64,000 nucleotides of DNA, taken from positions 1-64,000 of IMG/VR virus record IMGVR_UViG_3300049847_000663; one strand, written 5' to 3'. The position numbers were made by a program, and so were the translations under genes. This DNA comes from a virus. The notes beneath the pieces are model-generated. The model searched no databases. It saw only the letters and a list, made by a program, of their open reading frames with translations, and was not told where the DNA came from. Within the stretch, counting starts at the first letter, position 1, and each line of letters starts with the position of its first letter. Below are positions 9,892 through 18,577 of the stretch, one piece after another.

Positions 9892-11200
9892 CTTTCCATT
9901 CATAAACATTAGAACCGGGAATTGGTATCTTTTTGTATCCAGCATCTAGCATATTTCGAGTTTCACTCTTTAAAGAACTATACTGCTCTCCCAATAACTT
10001 AAATAATCTTTTCTTTTGCGCTCGAGTTCTACTAATCACAATATCGTCTTTTTTGTAAACATAGCTAGGTTGACTTGATCTTAAAAATGTAAAGCCTAGT
10101 TTTTCATAAACTTTACCACCAGTTGAAAATCCTATAGTTGCATAAGTTAAAACATTAATTGGGTTTTTATCTTTTATAAAAAACTTAAACAAACGACTAG
10201 CTCCACCATGAACGAATGTGTTCTTTTTTGTACAAAGTCTTAGGATTTCCCATTGATAATTCTTATTAAAGCGCGGCTTTCCCATAGTCAATATACAAAC
10301 GAGTTCTTTATTATAAAACAAACCGTAAGACCAACTAGAAGCTATATACTTTTGTTTGTGGTTTAAATCCAAAAATTCCCGCTCTTCATTAACAAAAACT
10401 TCTTGAATTAAGCAATCACTAGCTCTAATTTTTTGAGGTGAATTGTCTATATAAGACCATAGATAGTTTTTATGCGGTCGATTTTTTAATATATTTCGCC
10501 TAATTGAAGTTTTATCAAAACCATGTTTAACAGCTTCAGATCCCGATTTAAACTCCAAGGCTTCTCCGGTCACTACATGTACACCTCTAACAGGCTTATC
10601 TTTTGTTTGGCGATTTTTATAGGATAAGTCTAGTTCTTCTTTAGTAAGAGTTTTTTTATTAGGACTTTTGTATGTAAGTTGGTGTTTTTTTTGGCAGTCT
10701 CTACAGATTCGCATAAGCCTATCCCAAGACTGACTGGATTTATTATACTCAGAAAGCAATTTTAGTTCTTCACATTTCGGACATTTTTTATGTGGGATAT
10801 TGTCAACTAAAACATGTTTATTCTTATTACTCGGCTCTCTTTTTTCATAATTCTTAGCTTTATTTGATATTTTTTGTCTAGTTTCTAAACTTTTAACAAA
10901 GGAACCGTCAACAATATTAGTTGTATTATAACCATTCGGGGCTATTGAGTTATATTGTTTAATATAGAATTCTTCTTTTTCCTTAAGAAGATTTACTGGA
11001 ATATTATCTTCAATAACAGAAGATTCAAAAGAATCCCAACCATAAGATTTAAGTGCATTGTAAAATGCTGGGCATTGATTGTAGGATTTGAAAGAATTAT
11101 TAGATTTACGCCATCTACGTTTAGGATCTTGAGTAGTTGAACCTACGTAGACTTTATTGTTAGTTTTATTCACATGTTTATATACGACGCCGGTTTTCAT
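9884..11200 (-). CDS. Free-standing GIY-YIG homing endonuclease-like protein with Zn ribbon, NUMOD-like segment and C-terminal GNAT-like domain
   Basis: GVVY...VYVGST; APNGYN; CPKC...CRDC; C-terminal EILRLC...GGASRLF...VYEKLGF. Confidence 0.75.
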   Translation of the reverse strand: MKTGVVYKHVNKTNNKVYVGSTTQDPKRRWRKSNNSFKSYNQCPAFYNALKSYGWDSFESSVIEDNIPVNLLKEKEEFYIKQYNSIAPNGYNTTNIVDGSFVKSLETRQKISNKAKNYEKREPSNKNKHVLVDNIPHKKCPKCEELKLLSEYNKSSQSWDRLMRICRDCQKKHQLTYKSPNKKTLTKEELDLSYKNRQTKDKPVRGVHVVTGEALEFKSGSEAVKHGFDKTSIRRNILKNRPHKNYLWSYIDNSPQKIRASDCLIQEVFVNEEREFLDLNHKQKYIASSWSYGLFYNKELVCILTMGKPRFNKNYQWEILRLCTKKNTFVHGGASRLFKFFIKDKNPINVLTYATIGFSTGGKVYEKLGFTFLRSSQPSYVYKKDDIVISRTRAQKKRLFKLLGEQYSSLKSETRNMLDAGYKKIPIPGSNVYEWKVT

Positions 11201-11206
11201 ATAAAG

Positions 11207-11235
11207 AGTATCTCATATTGTGATCAGGCTGTCAA
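11207..11235 (-). promoter_or_regulatory. Sigma70-type promoter, probably leaderless
   Basis: TTGACA-17-GATACT, 6 nt before the ATG at 11200. Confidence 0.7.
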
Positions 11236-11261
11236 GAATTATGTTTTGTCTGAGGACAAAT

Positions 11262-11287
11262 AAAAAAGGGGCTTGGTAGCCCCTTTT
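11262..11287 (-). terminator. Intrinsic terminator after the capsid gene
   Basis: AAAAGGGGCT-ACCA-AGCCCCTTTTTT hairpin with U tract. Confidence 0.85.
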
Positions 11288-11313
11288 AGTTAACTAGTTG
11301 AAATTGTTAAGTT

Positions 11314-12383
11314 TTAATTAACAATATTCGATACAAGTACGTTCTGACCTGGAGCATAGCAAAAAAGTGCTTGATCACAGTAACAACGTAGCTCATATCC
11401 GTTAGCTTCTTCAAGTTCACGGAAGAATTTACCTTCAGCACCAGGACGGTTGAAAGTAATATCAGTAGAACCGATTCTCTCCATAGTCTCAAGGCTAAGA
11501 ATATAAGCATAACCTTGTTTGCAATAGATAGAAGAAACGATTTCAACTTTACCGTTTTGACCGTAGAATGTGATTTCTTGAGATCCGTTAGACAAACTGT
11601 TAACAGAATAAGATTGATCGTACATTCTAAGAGCAGCTTGTTCAGTCAAAAGATCAGACCAAGTGCGTGGGTTAACAAGAACCAATACTGCACTGTCAAG
11701 ACCTTTTTCTACTGCACGAGCGATTGCATCTTGCAATTTAGCAAAAGAAAGCGTAGAAGAACCGGCAGAGTAAACGTTTCCAGTCCACAAGCTATAGTTA
11801 GCTCCGTTAATTCCGAAAAGTGTACCAGTATTAGAAATGATTGAGTGAACACCCAAGAATTCCTGACCTTTAGCAGACTTGTAGAAAATAACGTCAGTAG
11901 CAACTGTACCAGCAGGAACTGCATCAACAGTGATGCTTTGATTCTGCATGCTTACAGCAGTTACTTGAGCAGACCCACGAAGAGTAGAAAGAGTAGCATC
12001 GTAGATTTCGATCTTCATTTGCTCTCCACCAACCCAGATTCCTGGAGCCCATTCGCTAGTAGTGATAGTGATTACACCTGCGCCCGGAAGAGCAGCAACT
12101 GTACCAATACCAACACCACCGTACATCATACCAACTTCAACGCGCTTAGTCATTGAACGTAGCATGTTACGTACTAGGAACTTAGTAGATTGTTCAAACG
12201 CAGCTTCGCTTGTCATAGAACGAGAAGCAGCAGCAACGCTGATACGTGAACGAAGAACCATTTCGCTTGAAACGATTGAAGCTTCTTTCAATTGACCAGC
12301 AACAGCTGCATCAAGAGCAAAAGCATCGCCAGAGTTACTGTAAGTAACACCGTGTTCCAATCCAAGTACTACCGGTTGTAGAT
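11314..12383 (-). CDS. Major capsid protein, exon 2
   Basis: Lies after the scaffold gene and before a strong terminator; joins exon 1 in frame as ...GQIGKQ-Y-LQPVVLGLEHGVTY; spliced product 404 aa. Confidence 0.85.
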
Positions 12384-12459
12384 CATTTGTTACGCGCTTT
12401 TTAAGCGGGATTGAGCATTTCTGTCAATCTCTGACGTTTTATATATAGCGTCAGGTCGG

Positions 12460-13105
12460 AAATTCATTGAATTTTATATAACATACTAGGATGAATGTGT
12501 TTTTTTATTAATTTTACAAATTTTTCTTTATTTTCTTTTTTTGTAAATTTAATACATGGATATTTTTTATGTTCTAAATACACTTTACATTCTAGATTAA
12601 AAGTTTTTCTTATGTGATCAGCCAATAAATTAACTTCATTTAAAGAAAAATCACCTATCGAAATTTTAAAAGCTTTAATCTTACCTTCAAAAGTTTCTTT
12701 ACAACCATCATCCATAAATAAAACAGCCAAAGAAATCTCATTAAAATGTTTTAATATCTCAGGAGTTATTGTTTTTTTACCATCAATATACATTCTTTTA
12801 TATAAAGCTGTAAATCGGTGGTCAGAACGTGTCCAGAATCTATAAAAATTACTTCTTTTACCCGATGGACTGGTCATTCCTTTAGCCAAACAACTTTTAC
12901 TAGCTACCGAAAACCACTTAGAAATAGAATATAATTTCCATTCTCCGTAATTTTTTTGTTTTTCGCAGTGTCCAAAAAGAATATGTTTCTTCTCTTTGCC
13001 CGCAAAACTAGCATCTCCCAAAAGTGTACCTATTAAAAATGCTCTTCTTTGTTTCCTAGTCATTCTCACTCCCATAAGCAGGGTTGATTTTATTTTTTCA
13101 ATGAA
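12460..13105 (-). mobile_element. 646-nt insertion inside the P7 3' strand of the intron, bounded by a 9-bp inverted repeat
   Basis: TTCATTGAA (13105-13097) pairs with TTCAATGAA (12471-12463); removing the insertion restores GAUAGUCCGAC. Confidence 0.8.
12464..13075 (-). CDS. LAGLIDADG homing endonuclease (double motif)
   Basis: FLIGTLLGDAS and LAVLFMDDG motifs; true start may be Met 13063 after GGGAG. Confidence 0.85.
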   Translation of the reverse strand: MGVRMTRKQRRAFLIGTLLGDASFAGKEKKHILFGHCEKQKNYGEWKLYSISKWFSVASKSCLAKGMTSPSGKRSNFYRFWTRSDHRFTALYKRMYIDGKKTITPEILKHFNEISLAVLFMDDGCKETFEGKIKAFKISIGDFSLNEVNLLADHIRKTFNLECKVYLEHKKYPCIKFTKKENKEKFVKLIKKHIHPSMLYKIQ

Positions 13106-13226
13106 ACTATCGCTTCTTCCATAAGGAAGTCAATTCATTTAGTCTCTCAGGCCGAAATTATCTTGCCCCTTGTTGTCCTAAAAGTCATTATACCACTTTA
13201 GGAGTTCCAAGTCAATTAGAATTGAT

Positions 13227-13769
13227 TTATAGGAATTTAAACTTATACCCTCTAGTGTGCGGTCTTTTTCCATTGCACACTAAAGATACCTTACTTTCTC
13301 GAAGACCCAAAGCTACACAAGCTTGTCGCATACTTTTGTATGTTTTTCCGTCGTTTAAACAGATAACTGGCCTAGAGTTAGCTTCGCTTATTTTTCTATT
13401 ATGTTCTGGACTATTTGGAGTAGTTCGTTTATAGTCATGATTCGGAAAAGGTTTTCCTTTTCTTTCTAATGACCATTTGGCTTTTTGCTCTTCTGAGTGT
13501 AAATTAGAATAACCGTTAATTGATTTTGGGCTAATATTCCAACCAGTTTTTCTAGTTTGATATTGTTCAATTAATAATTCTTCTAAAGTTACCGCTTCTT
13601 GAAGAGTTAAATCTTCTTGAGCTATTTCCATAAAATAGTCTTTTTTAACAAACTTTTTTCTATCTACGTGCTGTTGAAAGCGTTTAGCTAGAGGTTGACT
13701 TGTTAAACCGACATACATAATAAAATTATCAGATCTTCTTTTAATAAGATAAACTTTATAAGTTTTCAT
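13227..13769 (-). CDS. Intron-encoded GIY-YIG endonuclease with NUMOD DNA-binding repeats
   Basis: KVYLI...MYVGLT; HSEEQKAKWS; PVICLNDGKTYKSMRQAC...CNGK. Confidence 0.85.
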   Translation of the reverse strand: MKTYKVYLIKRRSDNFIMYVGLTSQPLAKRFQQHVDRKKFVKKDYFMEIAQEDLTLQEAVTLEELLIEQYQTRKTGWNISPKSINGYSNLHSEEQKAKWSLERKGKPFPNHDYKRTTPNSPEHNRKISEANSRPVICLNDGKTYKSMRQACVALGLRESKVSLVCNGKRPHTRGYKFKFL

Positions 13770-13842
13770 TTTTTATATCCTTCCCGAGCGGGATTGAATT
13801 TTTCCTAAAGGGATTTGAACCCTCAAACAGCATCTATAGTTT

Positions 13843-13987
13843 ACTGTTTACCGATTTGACCTTGTCCCTTAACAAAGGGAATTCTCTGCATGAGCTTCGT
13901 ATTTTCTGGTTCCAAATTTTCGATTTTGGAAGCATATACGTTTTTAAAGTTACCATCCAAGGTACTTAAATTATTCGTAGTAGCCAT
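13843..13987 (-). CDS. Major capsid protein, exon 1
   Basis: AAGGAG SD; MATTNNLSTLDGNFKNVYASKIENLEPENTKLMQRIPFVKGQGQIGKQ plus the first base of Tyr; missed by the ORF track. Confidence 0.85.
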
Positions 13988-14178
13988 TATATACTCCTTA
14001 TTAATTAGTTAAATGGCGGTTCATATTGAACCATTAATTAATTAAAAGTTGCATAACATGACCTTATTTACATTGATGGGCGTATCAGCTAGGCCAAAAG
14101 GGTACTAGAGATTCCTAAAAAGTAAAAAGGACTATTATGTTACCTTTTTTAAACACTATCGGACCCATTCCTCAAGTG

Positions 14179-14198
14179 CATACTATATTTGTTAAAAT
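14179..14198 (-). promoter_or_regulatory. Putative late promoter of the capsid gene
   Basis: 20 bp identical to 22882-22901 upstream of the portal gene. Confidence 0.7.
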
Positions 14199-14267
14199 TT
14201 TGCAATAAAAATCTAAATAGTATCGCTTTTTTATAGTTTAAATCTGTAAGTCTTTGAATTTATTAGA

Positions 14268-14305
14268 TATTGCATATTAGAATATGGAATATCTAATATG
14301 CAATA
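14268..14305. repeat. 14-bp perfect inverted repeat
   Basis: TATTGCATATTAGA (14268-14281) and TCTAATATGCAATA (14292-14305). Confidence 0.75.
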
Positions 14306-14337
14306 AAAAGAGGAGGAAGATTTTATCCTTCCTCCCC
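14305..14337 (-). terminator. Intrinsic terminator after the scaffold gene
   Basis: GGGGAGGAAG...CTTCCTCCTC followed by TTTTT on the minus strand. Confidence 0.7.
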
Positions 14338-14378
14338 GGGTTTGGTAGAGTATATTTCATCTCATCCAAAAATTCAAA

Positions 14379-15350
14379 TTAACGACCGATTTTATTCCAA
14401 AAATCTTTAGGATTTACTTTCTTAGCCGGTTCAGCTTTTGCTTGATTTCTAGCAATTTCAGATTCTCCGGTTGACTTAATAGAAGAAGGAGATTGAACTT
14501 CTTTCATCTTAGCTAAACGTCTTTTTTTCATTTTATTAAGAACGTTATCACCAAGAAATCCCTCAATAATATCTTCCGGAAATGCTTCAAACATTTCACG
14601 AATTTCATTTTTAATGCTTTTTTGAACTAAAGGAACTACATCTTTTACTGAAAGTTGTTTACCTTGTTCAAGACCTATAGAAAGATATTCAGCGATTCTT
14701 TTTACGACATATGGGGATTTTGGTAACTCTGCTGTCGATAAAGCTGTTGTGATTTGATCGTCCATATCACGCATATAAGATTCGCGAATACGAGCTTCTT
14801 CAGCGTCAGTCTTTTCTCTTTCCAAAGATTCTCTACGTTGACGTTCAGTTTCTAATTGACGTTGAAGTTCTTCACGTTCTTTTTGTTCAGGAGATTTTTC
14901 CATTTCCTTAAGGCGTTCTTCCATGTACTTAGCAGTTAAATCATCTGGATCATACCCAGCTTCTTTAAGTAGCGCGAAAGGATCGCGTTGAAGCATCTCG
15001 GCGATTGCTTGCATTTGTTTCTTAACTTTAGCTGATTCTTGAAAAGTTTGATCTGCACCTAAAGCTTTTTCGTACATTTGTTTAATTTCTTTTTCATTCA
15101 TGAAATCAATCTCTCGCTCAAGTTCTTTACCGTGAACTTTAAGCTTAAGTTTCTTTTTCATTTCTTTTACTTCTTGTTTAGAAGGGTCGGCTTGAGGTTG
15201 TTCAGGTTGTTGACCTGTACGCTCTTCGGCTAAAATTTGTTGTACATCAGCTTCGCCAATTTCATTAGAAGCGGTACTAGCTCCTGTAGAAGTAACTGGG
15301 GCTGTATTTGTTGATGTTGGTGCAGCGGGAGCTGCGACGGGTTGTGACAT
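14379..15350 (-). CDS. Capsid scaffolding protein
   Basis: Low-complexity N-terminus, KLKLKVHGKELERE motif, long charged coiled coil, directly upstream of the capsid gene. Confidence 0.75.
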   Translation of the reverse strand: MSQPVAAPAAPTSTNTAPVTSTGASTASNEIGEADVQQILAEERTGQQPEQPQADPSKQEVKEMKKKLKLKVHGKELEREIDFMNEKEIKQMYEKALGADQTFQESAKVKKQMQAIAEMLQRDPFALLKEAGYDPDDLTAKYMEERLKEMEKSPEQKEREELQRQLETERQRRESLEREKTDAEEARIRESYMRDMDDQITTALSTAELPKSPYVVKRIAEYLSIGLEQGKQLSVKDVVPLVQKSIKNEIREMFEAFPEDIIEGFLGDNVLNKMKKRRLAKMKEVQSPSSIKSTGESEIARNQAKAEPAKKVNPKDFWNKIGR

Positions 15351-15573
15351 TTGTTTCTCCTGGAACGGCGCTGATGCTTAGTTCCTATTTCATTAAAATG
15401 CGACTTCTGGAAGCCAGATTTATCGCAAAAGTTTTGCTATATAATCAACCAACTGTTCTTTATGTGCGACATAAAAAACTAATATCGCAATTAATAAACG
15501 ATTAGAATATTTCTTAATTTTAAGATTTTTCTTAAAACGTTTTTTATCTTTAGACTCGCCCGGTTTTGTAAAT

Positions 15574-16089
15574 CTAAGTTTTGCCATTGGACTTCTTTAA
15601 AAAATAGTTACACATTTTAGCGGGGGTTGTCATGGAGTAGTTGTATCCAGATAACCTTCCGGCAAATTCAGTACAAAAAAAGTAATCTTCTCTTTCCCAT
15701 TTATTAGTTTCAGGTAATGGTGTATTAAATATATGTTTTTTAAGCATACATTTAGCAAAATATAAAATACCTAACCAATCGTATTTTTTTCCCCACATCT
15801 CAAAAAGAAGATCTTTTTTCTTTTCTTCTAAAACCTCAAAATCATGTGGACATTCTAGCTTGTATAATTCTTGATTGATCTCAAGCCATTTATTATAAGG
15901 GATTAATCTTACTCCAGTAGATAGTGTAGATTCAATTACCAAACAGTCACCAAACAGAACAGCAACATGAGATGGAATTCCTTTATTTAATTCGGTAACA
16001 TCGTCTTTATAAAAACCGCTACCCCAAGAAATAAGCTTAGATCCTATTTTTTTATTTTTACTAAATAAATAATAAACTTTTTTATTCAT
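15574..16089 (-). CDS. Permuted papain-like (NlpC/P60, YiiX/YebB-type) enzyme
   Basis: SHVAV...KYDW...FFCTEF, with His before Cys. Confidence 0.75.
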   Translation of the reverse strand: MNKKVYYLFSKNKKIGSKLISWGSGFYKDDVTELNKGIPSHVAVLFGDCLVIESTLSTGVRLIPYNKWLEINQELYKLECPHDFEVLEEKKKDLLFEMWGKKYDWLGILYFAKCMLKKHIFNTPLPETNKWEREDYFFCTEFAGRLSGYNYSMTTPAKMCNYFLKKSNGKT

Positions 16090-16090
16090 A

Positions 16091-16501
16091 CTATTTAGTC
16101 AATCGTTGCTGTAGCTTGTACTGTCTCACTTCAGATTTATCTGCAATTCCACCAATTAACTGTTCGGTCCCAACTGACACTTGATTAGATCGAACTAATT
16201 GTTCTATTATTTGACAAGAAGCTTTTTCTAAATCTAAACACGCATGTAATTTGCTATAATTATCTTGACCTAATTGAATCGATACCGCTTTTTGACAAGC
16301 TAACATATTAATTTCATTTAAATTAGGAGAAAGTCCTAAACCTATCATACGTTCAACTACGTCGTCGTAATTACTATCAGCTTCGGAATATATTTCACCA
16401 AGAAACTCATGATCTTGATTAAAAACAACACGGGATACTAAATTATGTGCATTATGTGCAAATATATTTAGTGTTTTTAAAATAACAGCCAGTTCTTTCA
16501 T
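16091..16501 (-). CDS. Ferritin/Dps-like four-helix protein
   Basis: AHNAH...DHEFLGEIY...DDVVER pattern resembling Dps ferroxidase helices. Confidence 0.6.
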   Translation of the reverse strand: MKELAVILKTLNIFAHNAHNLVSRVVFNQDHEFLGEIYSEADSNYDDVVERMIGLGLSPNLNEINMLACQKAVSIQLGQDNYSKLHACLDLEKASCQIIEQLVRSNQVSVGTEQLIGGIADKSEVRQYKLQQRLTK

Positions 16502-16509
16502 AGTATCTC

Positions 16510-16920
16510 CTACACGACTTCGTGTAATGTAAAGTTAACTCCAATTAACGGAGTTGTGTCCGTATCATTTTTTACAACAAGCTGAATGACCATTCCTAAA
16601 TACAAATCCGCATCATATTCACTGTGATCTCTATAATAATCTTTAGACATATTAACATTAAATCCAAATTGATTTAATTTATAATTAGGGACTGTTGAAT
16701 AAGTACCTACTGGAGTATCTATAATTGAAAAATCAACTTTTACCATATGAGTAAGACCGACAACTTCAATCGTTGTAATTTTACACCAATTATATGGAAT
16801 TATAAATTCAATTACAGTGTTCCCGTTTGGATTTAAAGTTGCTTGAACGCCTCTTGATCTTCTAAATAATTTTTTTTGTATATCTGGTAATTCTTTTGAA
16901 TGAAATGGATATAATTTCAT
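16510..16920 (-). CDS. Putative virion protein
   Basis: 136 aa, beta-rich, in the late operon. Confidence 0.55.
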   Translation of the reverse strand: MKLYPFHSKELPDIQKKLFRRSRGVQATLNPNGNTVIEFIIPYNWCKITTIEVVGLTHMVKVDFSIIDTPVGTYSTVPNYKLNQFGFNVNMSKDYYRDHSEYDADLYLGMVIQLVVKNDTDTTPLIGVNFTLHEVV

Positions 16921-16921
16921 A

Positions 16922-18577
16922 CTAAACGTCCTCTACTGTAAATACTACAGTAATTGTGAAAGTCCCTACTATGGTATTTGTGTTACATTTTACATGCAGA
17001 CCTTGGTTTTGAATAAGTGTTATACCTTCTTCATTTCCTTCAGCTTTATACCAGGGAGTCAATTCCTGACTAGTATGATCTGTAGATTCGACATCAGGTG
17101 TTCCTGGTGCCCATTCATCATTTGACCAAAATGTGTTTCTAAACATAGCACTTTCAGATGTAAAAGTTGCTCCTGTTGCCATTGTTATTGTTCCAGGAAG
17201 TACGTTTACTGTATTGTGTGGATAAGAAATTAAAGCGGTACCGGCACTAAAACTAGCTATACGTTGTAGTGTTATGTTAGCAATTACTCCAGTAACCGCT
17301 GTTGTAGTTTCGTTCACTAAATAAATTTTAGAAATACGAACAACCGAGGTTCCTGTATTTTGTATAGCAAATAAACTTTTTTGATTCCCCAAAGCGACTT
17401 GTGACGCTGTTACTGAATAAGTAGGTGGTCTATAAGGAATAGCTCTAACAACAAGAGCCGGTGATGAATATGCAGGATTGACGTTTGATACTGCAGAATT
17501 GTTAGTACCATCTGTAATTCTGGTTCTTGCTGTACCATCTGTCTGTTTAGTATCTATACTATTTAAAGAACTATTTCCTGTAGTTTGTAAAGCCGACGTA
17601 GCGGCTCCTGAAGGTAAAGGTAAAGAAGCAGCTGATATCGGTTGAGTAGTGGCTGAACCGTCAACTTTTAAAGAATTAGTTTGATTTACTGCTGTATCAG
17701 CTTTTATAGTTACTGTATTAGTAATAGATGTTACGGCAGCTAATGTAGAAGCCGGTTTCAATAAAGAATTAACACTAGTATCTAAGGCCAAACCATTAGT
17801 AGTTCCTATATTTGACGTAACTGTACCGTTTACGCTCTGAGTACCTGAAGGTATATTTCTAACAATCAATGCTTGTTCAGTCCCGACTGGTGTTGTATTC
17901 GTTAACGTTGCATTATTAGTTCCGTCTGTTATTTTTGTTCTAGCAGTACCGTCGGTTTGTTTGGTATCTATAGACGCTAAAGATGAATTTCCTGTAGTTT
18001 GTAAAGCTGAAGTTGATGCCCCTGTAGGAAGAGAAACTGTACCCGAAATATTAGTTATATTCCAAGTACCACTTTGGTTTGTTGAAACCGTTCCAGATAT
18101 CGGAACCGCTGTCGCTCGTAACTGCGTATCAGTTAACGGACCCGTTACTGTAATAGAAGATTGATCTGATGATAAAACTACAGGAACTGAATTTAACATA
18201 GGTTTTTGACCAAGAGAATTAAATTTACCGTTAAGTGCCGACAGTGTAGTCTCAGTTGCGGCTCCGGTAGGTAATGCGCTAGCTGTGACATTTACGTTTT
18301 GGGTAGCCGGAAAATTACTTACGCTTATGTTACCATCAACAGTTATACTATTACCACCGTCTTGTATATTAACAGCACCGGCTCCTGACGAATTTTGTAC
18401 GGTAATCGATTCTAAAGCCGTCAATGTAGCTGAATCTAATGCAATTGGTCCACTTACAGCAACTGATCCACTTGATACACTAACATTAACCGACGGTTGA
18501 TCAGCAGCTAATACGACAGAAACTGAATCTGTTGATGTTTGTTGACCTACTATAGGATTACTTGATTCTATACCCAT
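16922..18577 (-). CDS. Beta-repeat fibre/decoration protein
   Basis: Repeats LPTGASTSALQTTGNSSLASID and GPLTDTQLRAT; Ser/Thr-rich. Confidence 0.7.
   Translation of the reverse strand: MGIESSNPIVGQQTSTDSVSVVLAADQPSVNVSVSSGSVAVSGPIALDSATLTALESITVQNSSGAGAVNIQDGGNSITVDGNISVSNFPATQNVNVTASALPTGAATETTLSALNGKFNSLGQKPMLNSVPVVLSSDQSSITVTGPLTDTQLRATAVPISGTVSTNQSGTWNITNISGTVSLPTGASTSALQTTGNSSLASIDTKQTDGTARTKITDGTNNATLTNTTPVGTEQALIVRNIPSGTQSVNGTVTSNIGTTNGLALDTSVNSLLKPASTLAAVTSITNTVTIKADTAVNQTNSLKVDGSATTQPISAASLPLPSGAATSALQTTGNSSLNSIDTKQTDGTARTRITDGTNNSAVSNVNPAYSSPALVVRAIPYRPPTYSVTASQVALGNQKSLFAIQNTGTSVVRISKIYLVNETTTAVTGVIANITLQRIASFSAGTALISYPHNTVNVLPGTITMATGATFTSESAMFRNTFWSNDEWAPGTPDVESTDHTSQELTPWYKAEGNEEGITLIQNQGLHVKCNTNTIVGTFTITVVFTVEDV

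Larger units (their letters stand above)
12384..13842 (-). mobile_element. Group I intron in the major capsid gene, carrying two endonuclease ORFs
   Basis: P1 AAACAGU/GCUGUUU with U-G at the 5' splice site; P10 UAGAU/AUCUA; P3 UCAAUUC/GAAUUGA; R CUGAGAGACUA; S AAGCGAUAGU^CCGAC; P9 CUGACG/CGUCAG; terminal G at 12384. Confidence 0.9.

Noticed and set aside
11314-12360. TTG-start 348-aa capsid as the complete gene
   Set aside because: There is no SD; the frame extends upstream to the intron 3' splice site and joins exon 1.
12460-13105. Archaeal-type bulge-helix-bulge intron as the explanation of the nested insert
   Set aside because: A terminal stem and a 3-nt UUU are present, but I could not form the second bulge or a flanking exon helix; canonical BHB is not supported.
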